This document shows positions 11,108-21,577 of a stretch of DNA of 64,000 nucleotides, one piece after another. The DNA comes from Bacilli bacterium. GTDB taxonomy: Bacteria; Bacillota; Bacilli; JACDOE01. The notes under the pieces are model-generated. The model saw only the letters and a list, made by a program, of their open reading frames with translations. It did no database searches and was not told where the DNA came from. Every line of letters begins with the position of its first letter. The first letter of the stretch is position 1. The DNA lies in the NCBI GenBank assembly GCA_041686735.1, contig JAWLDF010000013.1, forward strand, positions 5,354 through 69,353, read 5' to 3'. A program made the translations under genes and the position numbers.

Positions 11108-12146
11108 AATCATAATTTCTGATAAGAAAATTGGACCTAATCATGCCCCTTTTATTATCGCTGAAATGTCTGCCAATCATAATCAATCATTAGAACGAGC
11201 TCTTCAAATTGTTGAAAGAGCAGCTAAATCAGGGGTTCATGCTTTAAAACTGCAGACATATACACCTGATACAATAACACTTGATGTAGAAAACAAAGAT
11301 TTTTATATCAGTAATCTAGATTTATGGGAAGGACAATCCTTGTATAAACTTTATCAAAAAGCATATACTCCTTGGGAATGGCACAAACCAATATTTGATA
11401 AATGCAGAGAATTAGGGATAATTCCATTTAGTTCCCCATTTGATGAATTAGCAGTTGATTTTTTGGAAGAATTAGAGGTTCCTGTCTACAAAATTGCTTC
11501 ATTTGAGAATAATCATTTACCCCTTATCAGAAAAGTAGCTTCTACTGGAAAACCCATGATTATTTCTACAGGTATGGCAACAGTCTCCGAGATAGATAAA
11601 GCAGTTACTACGGCTAGAGAATCTGGTTGCAAAGACTTAATTTTATTAAAATGTACAAGTACTTATCCAGCATCACCTCAGAACTCAAATATTAATACCA
11701 TTCCTCATATGAGAACATTATTTGATTGTCAAGTAGGTCTCTCAGATCATACTTTAGGAATTGGTGTAGCTGTTGCTAGTATAGCATTAGGAGCGACTGT
11801 CATTGAAAAACATTTTACTCTTTCCCGTGAAGACGGAGGGGTAGATGCTGAATTCTCTTTAGAGCCTCAAGAAATGGAAATGTTAGTAAAAGAAACAGAA
11901 AGAGCATGGAAGTCCCTGGGCAAGATACAATATGGACCTACAGACCAAGAAAAGGAGTCTTCAAAGTATCGCAGATCATTATATATTTCAAAAGATATGA
12001 AAAAAGGCGAAAAATTAACAACTAATAATTTAAAAATTGTTAGACCCGGATATGGTTTGTCACCAGAGTATTATGAAATTATTTTGGGAAGAGAAATAAA
12101 ACAAGATGTAAAGAAAGGAACTGCTTTAACTTGGGATCTCATATAA
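11100..12146 (+). CDS. pseI: Pseudaminic acid synthase
   Basis: IIAEMSANHNQ, KLQTYTPDT, TPWEWH, KIASFE, GLSDHT, IEKHFT, C-terminal RRSLY..RPG SAF domain. Confidence 0.92.
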   Translation: MNEIIISDKKIGPNHAPFIIAEMSANHNQSLERALQIVERAAKSGVHALKLQTYTPDTITLDVENKDFYISNLDLWEGQSLYKLYQKAYTPWEWHKPIFDKCRELGIIPFSSPFDELAVDFLEELEVPVYKIASFENNHLPLIRKVASTGKPMIISTGMATVSEIDKAVTTARESGCKDLILLKCTSTYPASPQNSNINTIPHMRTLFDCQVGLSDHTLGIGVAVASIALGATVIEKHFTLSREDGGVDAEFSLEPQEMEMLVKETERAWKSLGKIQYGPTDQEKESSKYRRSLYISKDMKKGEKLTTNNLKIVRPGYGLSPEYYEIILGREIKQDVKKGTALTWDLI

Positions 12147-12164
12147 ATAAAGGGAGGATAAATA

Positions 12165-13361
12165 TTGGATAATGAAAAATTAAACACTCCTGTTAGAAAC
12201 AATTTCCTTCCCTATGGTCAACAGTGGATAGGAACAGAGGAGATTGAAGAAGTAATAAAGGTATTAAAAGCAGATTATATCACTCAGGGACCTAAAATCG
12301 TGGAATTTGAAAATAAAATAGCTAACTATGTAGGGGTTGAATATGCTGTTTCTTTTTCAAGTGGCACAGCTGCTTTACACGCCGCATGTTTTGCTGCAGG
12401 TATTCAGAATGGTGATGAAGTGATTACCACTCCCCTGACTTTTGCGGCTACTTCAAATAGTATCCTTTATCAGCAGGGGAAACCTGTATTTGTGGATGTA
12501 AATAAAAAAACATTTTTGTTGGATATAGAACAAGTTAAAGAAAAAATAACATCGCGAACAAAAGCCATTATTCCAGTAGATTTTACCGGTCAACCTGTAA
12601 ATATGGAGCTGTTCAAGGAATTTGCAAAAGATAATGGGTTAGTTTTTATACAGGATGCTGCCCATTCTCTAGGCGCATCATTTAATAACCAAAAAGTAGG
12701 AAAAATTGCAGACATGACTATATTTAGTTTCCATCCTGTAAAACCAATTACCACGGCTGAAGGAGGGGTGGTTGTCACAAATAATAAAGGATACTTTGAG
12801 AAGCTACTTCTTTTTAGGAGCCATGGAATTACAAGAGATTATAATTTATTAACTAACAAAGAAGAAGGTCCATGGTACTACGAAATGTTAGCGCTGGGTT
12901 ATAATTATCGAATGACAGACATACAAGCTGCTTTAGGACTTGCTCAACTTTCAAAACTGGATCAGTTTATCGAGAGAAGAAGACAGCTTGCACAAAAGTA
13001 CCACGAACTTCTATCAGACTTAGAGAGAAACGAATTAATAACCAGACCTTATGTTCAAAAAGGAGCATTATCTGGTTGGCATTTATATATTATTCAATTA
13101 CAACTGGATGCTTTAAGAGTTAATCGTAAAAAAATATTTGAAGCTTTGCATGCTATGAACATTGGAGTGAATGTACATTATATTCCAGTTTACTGGCATC
13201 CTTATTATAAAAAGTTAGGTTATTCAAAAGGGTTGTGTCCGGTTGCAGAGAAATTGTACAATTCATTTATTACCCTACCGCTTTTTCCCAAGATGACAGA
13301 TCAAGATGTAGAAGATGTGGTTGAAACACTTCACTCCGTATTATATTACTTTAAAAAGTAA
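12165..13361 (+). CDS. pseC: UDP-4-amino-4,6-dideoxy-N-acetyl-beta-L-altrosamine transaminase
   Basis: LPYGQQWI, SSGTAALH, DAAHSLG, FSFHPVKPITTAEGG, LGYNYRMTD; TTG start after GGGAGG. Confidence 0.9.
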   Translation: MDNEKLNTPVRNNFLPYGQQWIGTEEIEEVIKVLKADYITQGPKIVEFENKIANYVGVEYAVSFSSGTAALHAACFAAGIQNGDEVITTPLTFAATSNSILYQQGKPVFVDVNKKTFLLDIEQVKEKITSRTKAIIPVDFTGQPVNMELFKEFAKDNGLVFIQDAAHSLGASFNNQKVGKIADMTIFSFHPVKPITTAEGGVVVTNNKGYFEKLLLFRSHGITRDYNLLTNKEEGPWYYEMLALGYNYRMTDIQAALGLAQLSKLDQFIERRRQLAQKYHELLSDLERNELITRPYVQKGALSGWHLYIIQLQLDALRVNRKKIFEALHAMNIGVNVHYIPVYWHPYYKKLGYSKGLCPVAEKLYNSFITLPLFPKMTDQDVEDVVETLHSVLYYFKK

Positions 13362-13379
13362 TTGAATAATGAAAAAACT

Positions 13380-13406
13380 TAACAAAATTCATTAATTTGC
13401 CGATAT
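13380..13406 (+). promoter_or_regulatory. SigD (sigma-28) promoter of flaG
   Basis: TAAC-N15-GCCGATAT matches TAAA-N15/16-GCCGATAT consensus. Confidence 0.8.
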
Positions 13407-13443
13407 ATTTTATAAAATAATTATTTCGGGGAAGTGATGGATA

Positions 13444-13788
13444 ATGGAAATTCGTCGCACTGATATTAATAATTTTAATACTACAAATGAATTCATACAA
13501 AGAAATAATTCTAGTAATAAAGAAATAAATGTTGAAGAAGGTTCTGTTTTAAAGGTTCCAAATACTGAGAACGAGATCAAAAAAGTTGTTGAAACATTTA
13601 ATCATATGTTTGAAATTACACAAACACATTTAAAATTCTCCTATCATGACAAACTCGGGAAATATTATGTTAAGGTTGTAGATGACAAAACTAATAAGGT
13701 GATTAGAGAAATTCCTCCTGAGAAACTACTTGACTTGATTGCGAAAATGCAAGATTTTATGGGAATACTGTTCGATAAAAAAGTATAA
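13444..13788 (+). CDS. flaG: FlaG family protein
   Basis: LKFSYHDKLGKYYVKVVD..T.KVIREIPPEKLLD...GILFDKKV. Confidence 0.92.
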   Translation: MEIRRTDINNFNTTNEFIQRNNSSNKEINVEEGSVLKVPNTENEIKKVVETFNHMFEITQTHLKFSYHDKLGKYYVKVVDDKTNKVIREIPPEKLLDLIAKMQDFMGILFDKKV

Positions 13789-13793
13789 ATTTT

Positions 13794-13926
13794 TGTGAAT
13801 ATGTGGATAAACGAAAATAATGCGTAAATATACTGGCTTCAACGAGAGTCCAGTATATTTTTTTGTGGAAACTGTGTATAACCCTGTGGATAACATGTAG
13901 ATAAACCGTGGATGAATTGTTGAAAA
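13794..13926. promoter_or_regulatory. Cluster of co-oriented DnaA boxes
   Basis: TGTGGATAA 13802 and 13885, TGTGTATAA 13873 (perfect), TGTGAATAT 13794 and TGTAGATAA 13896 (1 mismatch), three 2-mismatch boxes at 13864, 13907, 13918. Confidence 0.8.
13826..13864 (+). terminator. Intrinsic terminator after flaG
   Basis: AAATATACTGG...CCAGTATATTT followed by TTTT. Confidence 0.75.
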
Positions 13927-13948
13927 AATTCGAGCATTGTCGAATCGG

Positions 13949-13977
13949 TTGAAATGGCAGCCACTTCTATGTATAAT
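13949..13977 (+). promoter_or_regulatory. SigA promoter of amino-acid ABC genes
   Basis: TTGAAA-N17-TATAAT. Confidence 0.7.
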
Positions 13978-14064
13978 TATCGTGTATTGCGTATAAAACA
14001 TAAATTTACACACAATTGCATCAAATCTTTCAATTTTTTATCTTAAAAAGGGGGCAAAAAATTC

Positions 14065-14859
14065 ATGAAAATGAACAAGAAATGGATGTTGGGTCTGCTT
14101 GTTCTCATTATGGCCGTATTTACGGCAGCATGTGGAACATCTGAGAATGCCGGCGGTCAGAATGCAGCTGGAGATGCACTGAAAATTGTTGTTGGAACCG
14201 ACGCAGCTTATGCACCGTTTGAATACGTTGATTCCAGTAATAACATCGTTGGTTTTGATATCGATGTATTCAACGCCGTTGCCGAAGCAGCTAACCTTGA
14301 AGTCGAGTACAAAAATACGGCATGGGACGGAATTTTCCTCACACTTGAAAACGGAGAGCGTGATGCGTTGATTTCTGCAATCACCATTACTGACGAGCGT
14401 AAAAAGACCATGGACTTTTCCGAACCGTATTTTGAAGCCACTCAATTAATTGCTGTTCCGCAGGATGCAGATATCACCAAGTTTACTGATCTGAAAGATA
14501 AGGAATACAAAGTGGGTGTCCAAAACGGAACCACAGGGGATATCGCCGTATCCGAATTACTCGGAACGACCAGCAAGAATGTCGCTCGTTTCGATACCAC
14601 TCCGCTGGCATTGAAAGAGATGCAGAACGGCGGGGTTGACGCGGTAGTTGCCGATAATGCGGTTGTGCTTGAATACATCAAAAATAATCCTGATGCTAAC
14701 TTCAAATCCGTTTCCGATGAAAACTTCCCGAAAGAATTTTACGGCATTGCTGTAAAGAAAGGAAACAGCGAATTGCTTGAACGAATCAATGCCGGTTTGA
14801 AAGAGATCCGGGAAAACGGAACCTACGATGAAATCTTCAACAAATATTTTGGTGAATAA
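14065..14859 (+). CDS. Basic amino-acid ABC transporter substrate-binding lipoprotein (ArtP-like)
   Basis: Lipobox TAACG, VGTDAAYAPFE, GFDID, SAITITDER, VGVQNGTTG. Confidence 0.88.
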   Translation: MKMNKKWMLGLLVLIMAVFTAACGTSENAGGQNAAGDALKIVVGTDAAYAPFEYVDSSNNIVGFDIDVFNAVAEAANLEVEYKNTAWDGIFLTLENGERDALISAITITDERKKTMDFSEPYFEATQLIAVPQDADITKFTDLKDKEYKVGVQNGTTGDIAVSELLGTTSKNVARFDTTPLALKEMQNGGVDAVVADNAVVLEYIKNNPDANFKSVSDENFPKEFYGIAVKKGNSELLERINAGLKEIRENGTYDEIFNKYFGE

Positions 14860-14924
14860 TCCATTCACTTAAAACTCGATCAAATACAAATAGGTCAGAC
14901 TTAAATGCGCCTTAAGCGCACCCG

Positions 14925-14979
14925 AGGGGCTTCCCCGGAAGAGTCCTTAAAAGCTCTCTGGCGGACAGCCCCTTTCTTT
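14925..14979 (+). terminator. Long hairpin/terminator between SBP and permease genes
   Basis: AGGGGCT...AGCCCCT stem with inner pairing, followed by TTCTTT. Confidence 0.55.
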
Positions 14980-15040
14980 GATATGATTATGGGGGTATTT
15001 TACTCTGTCATGATAAAGCTCAGATAAAGTAGGTGGGATT

Positions 15041-15688
15041 TTGGACTTTTCAATTATTTATGATTATCGCTGGTTCTATCTTGAAGGGGCTTTATACACG
15101 ATTATTGTTACATTCATATCCATTATACTCGGAACGATTGTCGGTCTGATTTTCGGATTGTTTCGTTTATCAAAGTCTTCTGTTTTACGTTATCCCTCTC
15201 TGTGGTATATCGATGTGATTCGGGGGACACCCTTGCTCGTTCAGATTATGATCATCCACTACGCATTGATTCCGCAAATATTCGGCCATTCCCTCGGGCC
15301 GTGGGTATCTGCCATTTTTGCCTTAACCATCAACAGCGGAGCCTACATTGCCGAGATTTTTCGGGCGGGGATCCAGTCGATCGATAAAGGCCAGATGGAA
15401 GCGGCCCGTTCCCTTGGCATGAAGCATGGACAGGCCATGTGGTACATCATTCTACCCCAGGCTTTTAAACGAATGCTTCCACCGCTGGGAAATGAATTCA
15501 TTGTTTTGCTGAAAGACTCGTCATTATTAATGGTCATTTCCTTCTACGAATTAATGTATGCCGGAAAAACCATTCTGGGTGCGACCAGCCGTGCATGGGA
15601 AGCCTATATTCCTGTGGCGGTCATCTACCTCATCATCACCCTCGGACTCAGCCGCATGGTGCGCTGGATGGAAACCAAGTTTAAATAA
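15041..15688 (+). CDS. Amino-acid ABC transporter permease (ArtQ-like)
   Basis: IRGTPLLVQ, AYIAEIFRAGIQSIDKGQMEAARSLG (EAA loop), LKDSS. Confidence 0.9.
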   Translation: MDFSIIYDYRWFYLEGALYTIIVTFISIILGTIVGLIFGLFRLSKSSVLRYPSLWYIDVIRGTPLLVQIMIIHYALIPQIFGHSLGPWVSAIFALTINSGAYIAEIFRAGIQSIDKGQMEAARSLGMKHGQAMWYIILPQAFKRMLPPLGNEFIVLLKDSSLLMVISFYELMYAGKTILGATSRAWEAYIPVAVIYLIITLGLSRMVRWMETKFK

Positions 15689-15768
15689 ATCGTGTATTTC
15701 GACCTCGTGTCGAAAATGGGCGATACAAGTAAGAATACCACTAAGTTTGCAGAATGCCCATTATTTAT

Positions 15769-15797
15769 TTGACTTGCCCCTTTTGATCGTATATATT
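15769..15797 (+). promoter_or_regulatory. SigA promoter of csp
   Basis: TTGACT-N17-TATATT. Confidence 0.65.
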
Positions 15798-15847
15798 CAA
15801 AATATGAGATGCAATCTCAAAGTTTATTTTAGAAAGGAATGTATTAC

Positions 15848-16045
15848 ATGCAAGGGAAAGTAAAATGGTTTAATGCAGAGAAGGGATACGGCTTTATCGA
15901 AAGAGAAGACGGAGATGACGTATTCGTACACTACTCTGCAATTCAGTCCGAGGGCTTCAAAACGTTGGAAGAAGGACAATCCGTAGAATTCGAAATCGTT
16001 GAAGGAGCTCGTGGACCTCAGGCTGCGAATGTTATCAAGTTATAA
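15848..16045 (+). CDS. Cold-shock protein
   Basis: [17 protein letters not shown]...DVFVHYSAI...GPQAANV. Confidence 0.96.
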   Translation: MQGKVKWFNAEKGYGFIEREDGDDVFVHYSAIQSEGFKTLEEGQSVEFEIVEGARGPQAANVIKL

Positions 16046-16096
16046 GCAGTAGCCGTACCATTCCAAAGGTAAGTGCACCATTATAATTTTGATAAC

Positions 16097-16131
16097 AACC
16101 CCCCGGATCGAAAAGACCCCGGGGGTTTTTT
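16097..16131 (+). terminator. Intrinsic terminator after csp
   Basis: AACCCCCCGG...CCGGGGGTT followed by T tract. Confidence 0.8.
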
Positions 16132-16187
16132 ATAGGAAATATATATTCTCCAATTTTCACAAAAAATTAAGACCTTCCGCAATTAGG

Positions 16188-16216
16188 GGAGGATTTTCAC
16201 CCATGAAATCGAATAT
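16188..16216 (+). promoter_or_regulatory. Putative SigH promoter of hpf
   Basis: GGAGGATTT...ATCGAAT; B. subtilis hpf (yvyD) is SigH-controlled. Confidence 0.6.
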
Positions 16217-16249
16217 AATGTATATATAAAGAGAAAGGAGGTCTCTTCG

Positions 16250-16810
16250 GTGAACTATCAAATTAGAGGACAAAATTTAGAAGTGACTCCGGCACTGAGG
16301 GACTATGTCGAGAAAAAAATCGGGAGACTCGAAAAGTATTTTGACACAATGCTGGGTACCGATTGTTATGTCACGATGAGAGTGATTCGTGACGAGCAGA
16401 CTGTTGAAGTGACCATTCCTTTAACCGGCCTGATTTTAAGGGCGGAAGAAACGAACACGGACATGTACGCAGCCATCGATCTTGTCGTCGAAAAACTGGA
16501 ACGTCAGATTCGCAAGTTCAAGACCAAGGTTAATCGTAAATCCCGTCAAAACGGAAGCATTAAAAATCTGAACGAGGAAATCAATTATGATCCCGATCTC
16601 GAAGGGGAGCTCGAAGGAACGGAAGACGAAGGGATCGAAATCGTACGAACCAAGCGGTTTAATCTTAAGCCGATGGATCCGGAAGAAGCCATATTGCAAA
16701 TGGATATGTTGGGACATAACTTTTTCGTTTTTTCCAATGCGGATACCGATCAGGTAAGCGTGGTATACCGGCGCAAGGATGGACGTTACGGTTTAATCGA
16801 ACCGGAATAA
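16250..16810 (+). CDS. hpf: Ribosome hibernation promoting factor (long HPF)
   Basis: IRGQNLEVTPALRDYVEKK, DMYAAIDLVVEKLERQIRK, KPMDPEEAILQM, YRRKDGRYGLIE. Confidence 0.95.
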   Translation: MNYQIRGQNLEVTPALRDYVEKKIGRLEKYFDTMLGTDCYVTMRVIRDEQTVEVTIPLTGLILRAEETNTDMYAAIDLVVEKLERQIRKFKTKVNRKSRQNGSIKNLNEEINYDPDLEGELEGTEDEGIEIVRTKRFNLKPMDPEEAILQMDMLGHNFFVFSNADTDQVSVVYRRKDGRYGLIEPE

Positions 16811-16876
16811 TCGTCCGCGCCTGACGCCCGGATCAGCGGATGACCTGAGGATATACAACTTTTTCATTGTGAACCG

Positions 16877-16902
16877 GGGGACTTGACATCAAGTCCCCTT
16901 TT
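16877..16902 (+). terminator. Terminator after hpf; overlaps putative secA -35
   Basis: GGGGACTTGA-CA-TCAAGTCCCC-TTTT. Confidence 0.75.
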
Positions 16903-16973
16903 ATTTATAAAGAAACATTGATACAATGTTACATTGGGAGCCATGTGGGTGAGTATCAGGAAGGAGAGGACCC

Positions 16974-19493
16974 ATGATGTTGAACTTTGTGAAAAAAGTG
17001 TTTGGCGATACGAATGAACGAGAAGTCAGGCGGCTGATGAAACGTGTGGAAGAGATCAACGCCCTAGAAGCGGAGATCAGCCGATTAAGCGATGAACAAC
17101 TGCAAAACAAGACCACCGAATTTAAGGAACGTCTGGGTAAAGGCGAAACCCTTGATGATCTGATGAATGAAGCCTATGCCGTCGTGCGTGAAACCTCGAA
17201 ACGTGTGCTGGGCATGCGCCATTTTGACGTGCAGATTTTGGGGGGGATTGTACTCCATCAGGGACGCATCGCCGAGATGAAGACGGGGGAAGGGAAAACA
17301 CTGGTTGCCACACTCCCGGTGTATTTAAACGCGCTGGAGGGAAAAGGGGTTCATGTGGTTACGGTCAATGAATACCTGGCCCAGCGCGACAGTGAAACCA
17401 TGGGTCAAATTTACCGCTTTCTCGGACTGACAGTCGGACTGAATGCCCACGGCTTATCCTCCGCAGAAAAACGGGAAGCCTATCAGGCGGACGTCACTTA
17501 CGGAACCAATAATGAGTTCGGTTTTGATTATCTGCGGGATAACATGGTTTTATATAAAGAACAAATGGTGCAGCGCCCGCTTCATTTTGCGATCATCGAC
17601 GAGGTGGACAGCATCCTCATTGATGAAGCGCGCACACCACTCATCATTTCCGGACAGGCGAAAAAGTCGACGGAATTTTATTATGTGGCCGATCGCTTTG
17701 TCACCCAGTTAAAAGCGGGTGAGGATTATACCGTAGATGAAAAAGCCCGCTCCGTTGCATTGACGGATGACGGTGTTTCCAAAGCGGAAAAAGCGTTCAA
17801 TATCGATAATCTCTATGACCATAAACATGTGGCCTTAACCCATCATATCAACCAGGCCCTCAAAGCCCGCGTCATTATGAAGCGGGATGTGGATTATGTG
17901 GTGGAGGAAGGGGAAGTTATTATTGTCGATGAATTTACCGGACGTCTGATGCAGGGACGCCGGTACAGCGACGGGTTGCATCAGGCGATCGAGGCCAAGG
18001 AAGGCCTTAAGGTCCAGAACGAGAGCATGACCCTGGCCACAATCACGTTGCAAAACTACTTCCGAATGTATAGAAAACTTGCCGGGATGACCGGTACCGC
18101 CAAAACCGAGGAAGAGGAATTTAAGAAGATTTACGGGCTGGATGTGGTGGTCATCCCCACCAACAAACCGATGATCAGACAGGACATGCCCGATATCATT
18201 TATAAAACGGAGAATGCCAAGTTTCGCCATGTCGTTGAGGAAATTGCCCGCCGTCATGAAAAGGGACAGCCTGTTCTTGTCGGTACGATTTCCATTGAAA
18301 ATTCGGAACTGCTTTCCGATATGTTGAAAAAGCTTGGCATCCCCCATAAGGTACTGAATGCCAAACATCATGCCGAGGAGGCGGAGATCGTGGCACGTGC
18401 CGGGGAACACGGTGCCGTCACCATCGCCACCAATATGGCCGGTCGCGGTACCGACATTGTTCTCGGCGACGGTGTTCCGCAAACAGGTGGACTGCACATT
18501 ATCGGAACGGAGCGCCATGAAAGCCGCCGCATCGATAACCAGTTGCGCGGACGTGCGGGACGTCAGGGAGACCCGGGCTCATCTCAATTTTTCCTATCAT
18601 TAGAGGATGAACTGATGCGTCGTTTCGGTTCGGAAAATATCATGGGCATGATGGACCGGCTCGGTCTGGAAGAGGATCAGCCGATCGAGAGCAAGATGGT
18701 ATCGCGTGCCGTTGAGTCTGCGCAGAAGCGGGTGGAAGGCAATAACTTTGATATGCGTCGCATCGTGTTACAGTATGACGATGTCATGAATCAGCAGCGT
18801 GAAATCATTTACAGGCAGCGGCGCGAGGTATTGGAATCCGACAACTTGAAAGAAATCGTGATCAATATGATCATGTCCTTCGCCGAGCGGCTGATCGAGA
18901 TTCACTGTCCCAAAAGTGAGGTTCCGGAGGAATGGGATTTAAAAGCGTTACTTGATCATGCCAACGGGACTTTCCTGCACGAGGGAGACATCACGGAAAA
19001 ACAGATCTGGGGCAAAGAGCCTGAAGAAATCATTGAGGTTTTCCGTGAAGTGATTCACAGAAAGTACGAGCAAAGAGAACAGCAGATCGGCGAGATGATG
19101 CGCGAATTTGAAAAAGTGGTCGTCCTGCGCGCGGTGGACAGCAAGTGGATGGACCACATCGATGCGATGGATCAATTGCGGCAGGGCATTCATCTGCGTG
19201 CTTATGCCCAGACCGACCCGCTCAGGGAATATCAGCTCGAAGGTTTTCAAATGTTTGAAGAAATGGTGGCACGGATTGAAGAAGAAGTGTCTACCTATAT
19301 AATGAAGGCGGAAGTTTCACAGAATATCCAGCGGGAAGAAGTGGCGCAGGGAGAAGCGGTCGACCCGCAGGCAACCGCCGGTGGTGGCGGCAAAAAAGAA
19401 CGTAGACCGATTCGCCGCGAACAAAAAGTGGGACGCAATGAACTGTGCCCGTGCGGCAGCGGCAAAAAGTACAAACATTGCTGCGGCAGTTGA
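16974..19493 (+). CDS. secA: Preprotein translocase ATPase SecA
   Basis: [27 protein letters not shown]-terminal [18 protein letters not shown]. Confidence 0.99.
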   Translation: MMLNFVKKVFGDTNEREVRRLMKRVEEINALEAEISRLSDEQLQNKTTEFKERLGKGETLDDLMNEAYAVVRETSKRVLGMRHFDVQILGGIVLHQGRIAEMKTGEGKTLVATLPVYLNALEGKGVHVVTVNEYLAQRDSETMGQIYRFLGLTVGLNAHGLSSAEKREAYQADVTYGTNNEFGFDYLRDNMVLYKEQMVQRPLHFAIIDEVDSILIDEARTPLIISGQAKKSTEFYYVADRFVTQLKAGEDYTVDEKARSVALTDDGVSKAEKAFNIDNLYDHKHVALTHHINQALKARVIMKRDVDYVVEEGEVIIVDEFTGRLMQGRRYSDGLHQAIEAKEGLKVQNESMTLATITLQNYFRMYRKLAGMTGTAKTEEEEFKKIYGLDVVVIPTNKPMIRQDMPDIIYKTENAKFRHVVEEIARRHEKGQPVLVGTISIENSELLSDMLKKLGIPHKVLNAKHHAEEAEIVARAGEHGAVTIATNMAGRGTDIVLGDGVPQTGGLHIIGTERHESRRIDNQLRGRAGRQGDPGSSQFFLSLEDELMRRFGSENIMGMMDRLGLEEDQPIESKMVSRAVESAQKRVEGNNFDMRRIVLQYDDVMNQQREIIYRQRREVLESDNLKEIVINMIMSFAERLIEIHCPKSEVPEEWDLKALLDHANGTFLHEGDITEKQIWGKEPEEIIEVFREVIHRKYEQREQQIGEMMREFEKVVVLRAVDSKWMDHIDAMDQLRQGIHLRAYAQTDPLREYQLEGFQMFEEMVARIEEEVSTYIMKAEVSQNIQREEVAQGEAVDPQATAGGGGKKERRPIRREQKVGRNELCPCGSGKKYKHCCGS

Positions 19494-19558
19494 TGTTGGT
19501 GCCTGTCACCGACAAAGATCGACACTCGTAACATGAAATACAGAGGAGGAAACGTAAC

Positions 19559-20669
19559 ATGGCACATCATGATGTCAGCGAATTGAAAAGTCAATTAAGC
19601 GAAATCAGCGACAAATTAAGCGAAATAAGGGGGTCTCTTTGACCTCGAAGGGAAGGAAAAACGGATTGCTGAACTGGACGAAGTGATGACCGCTCCTGAT
19701 TTTTGGAATGATCAGGCGGCTGCACAAAAAGTAATCAATGAAGCCAATAATCTGAAGGATCTGGTCAAAACGATCCGGGATCTGCAATCGTCATATGACG
19801 ATGTGCAGGTCTTGATGGAACTGGCTGCGGAGGAGAGTGAGGAATCCCTCTATCCTGAAATCGATGAAGGGATCCGTTCTCTGAACAAAAAACTGGCCGA
19901 TTTTGAACTGCAACTGATGCTCAATCAGCCCTATGACAGAAACAATGCGATTCTCGAACTGCACCCCGGTGCCGGCGGGACGGAGTCGCAGGACTGGGCA
20001 TCGATGTTGCTCAGGATGTATACCCGCTGGGCGGAGGATCACGGGTACAAGGTGGAAACGCTCGACTATCTGCCCGGAGATGAAGCCGGTGTCAAAAGTG
20101 TCACCCTGTTGATCAAAGGATTTAACGCCTATGGATACCTGAAAACGGAAAAAGGGGTGCATCGCCTCGTTCGCATTTCCCCATTTGATTCGTCCGGTCG
20201 TCGTCACACTTCTTTTGTTTCATGCAATGTGATGCCGGAAATGGACGATGATGTGGAAATCGATATTAAGCCGGATGAACTTAAGGTGGACACTTATCGT
20301 TCCAGCGGTGCCGGCGGACAGCACGTCAACACCACCGACTCGGCGGTGCGGATCACCCACATTCCCACCGGGGTCGTCGTTACCTGCCAGTCGGAACGTT
20401 CGCAGATCAAAAACAGGGAAAAAGCGATGAAAATCCTGAAGGCCCGTTTATATGAAAAGAAACGGGAGGAGCAGGAGAAAGAGCTTTCCGAAATTCGCGG
20501 AGAACAAAAAGAGATCGGCTGGGGAAGTCAGATCCGGTCTTATGTATTTCATCCCTACAGTATGGTAAAGGACCATCGAACCGGAGTGGAAATCGGCAAT
20601 ATCCAGGCGGTGATGGATGGGGACATCGATCCTTTCATCAATGCTTATCTGCGTCAGATGATGAAGTGA
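19559..20669 (+). CDS. prfB: Peptide chain release factor 2, programmed +1 frameshift (join 19559..19639,19641..20669)
   Basis: GGAGG RBS and ATG 19559; AGGGGG-TCT-CTT-TGA-C at 19628-19643; +1 frame has SPF and GGQ motifs. Confidence 0.97.
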
Positions 20670-20675
20670 TGAACG

Positions 20676-21515
20676 ATGAAGATACAGATGCATAAAATCC
20701 GCGAATTCATTTTACTCATTACCGGTGCTTTTCTCATCGCTGCGACCTTTAATATGTTTCTCAATGATTTTGACATAGCCTCCGGGGGTGTGAGCGGGAT
20801 CAGTGTTATCGTTGAAGACGTTTTTGCTATCCGTCCCGCTTATACCCAGTGGACACTCAATATTCTGTTTGTCATATCCGGCTTTTTTTTATTGGGTAAA
20901 CAATTTGGTATGAGAACCATTGCCGGCACGCTAATTTTACCCTTATTTGTTTTGCTTACCGAGGACCTGCAGTCGATCACCGATGAACCGTTACTTGCCG
21001 CACTGTTCGGAGGTGTCGGCCTCGGCCTCGGTCTCGGACTCGTTTTCAAAGGAAATGCTTCTACCGGCGGGACTGACCTTGTGGCCCAGATCATTCATAA
21101 ATTTACGGGATTAAGTCTCGGTGTAGCCATTTTATTCATCGACGGTCTCGTCGTAACGACTGCGGGGTTAACTTACGGACCCGAACAGGCCTTATACGCC
21201 ATTATTGCTTTGTTTGCCATGGGAAGAACGATCGACATGGTTCAGGTCGGTCTCGGATATGCCAAGCTGTGTTTTATCATTTCCGATCGGGAGCAGGACA
21301 TCCGCCACGCCATTTTATATCATCTGGACAGGGGGGTGACCCGCCTCACCGGATACGGCGGCTATACCAACCAGAGCAAATCCGTTTTATTGTGTGTGGT
21401 CAATCAGAGCGAAATTACCCGGCTTAAAGAACTGGTGCACCGTAATGATCCCGATGCTTTTGTGATCGTTTCCGACACGGCGGAGGTCATGGGGGAAGGA
21501 TTTCGCCGCTATTAA
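20676..21515 (+). CDS. YitT/YvjA family membrane protein
   Basis: IASGGVSG, ASTGGTD, LDRGVT, DPDAF...EVMGEGF; syntenic with B. subtilis yvjA. Confidence 0.9.
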   Translation: MKIQMHKIREFILLITGAFLIAATFNMFLNDFDIASGGVSGISVIVEDVFAIRPAYTQWTLNILFVISGFFLLGKQFGMRTIAGTLILPLFVLLTEDLQSITDEPLLAALFGGVGLGLGLGLVFKGNASTGGTDLVAQIIHKFTGLSLGVAILFIDGLVVTTAGLTYGPEQALYAIIALFAMGRTIDMVQVGLGYAKLCFIISDREQDIRHAILYHLDRGVTRLTGYGGYTNQSKSVLLCVVNQSEITRLKELVHRNDPDAFVIVSDTAEVMGEGFRRY

Positions 21516-21577
21516 GGCTGTTGCAGATGCTGAGCTCATTTTAATAGATCGACGTCATGTCAAAATAAGGAGGAAAA

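Noticed and set aside
13794-13926. DnaA boxes as the chromosomal oriC
   Set aside because: No dnaA, dnaN or rpmH nearby and no switch in gene orientation across the site
15697-15715. TTTCGAC-N5-GTCGAAA palindrome containing a 0A box upstream of csp (also a lone TTCGACA near 35514)
   Set aside because: A 7-mer match is expected by chance at this window size; no further support
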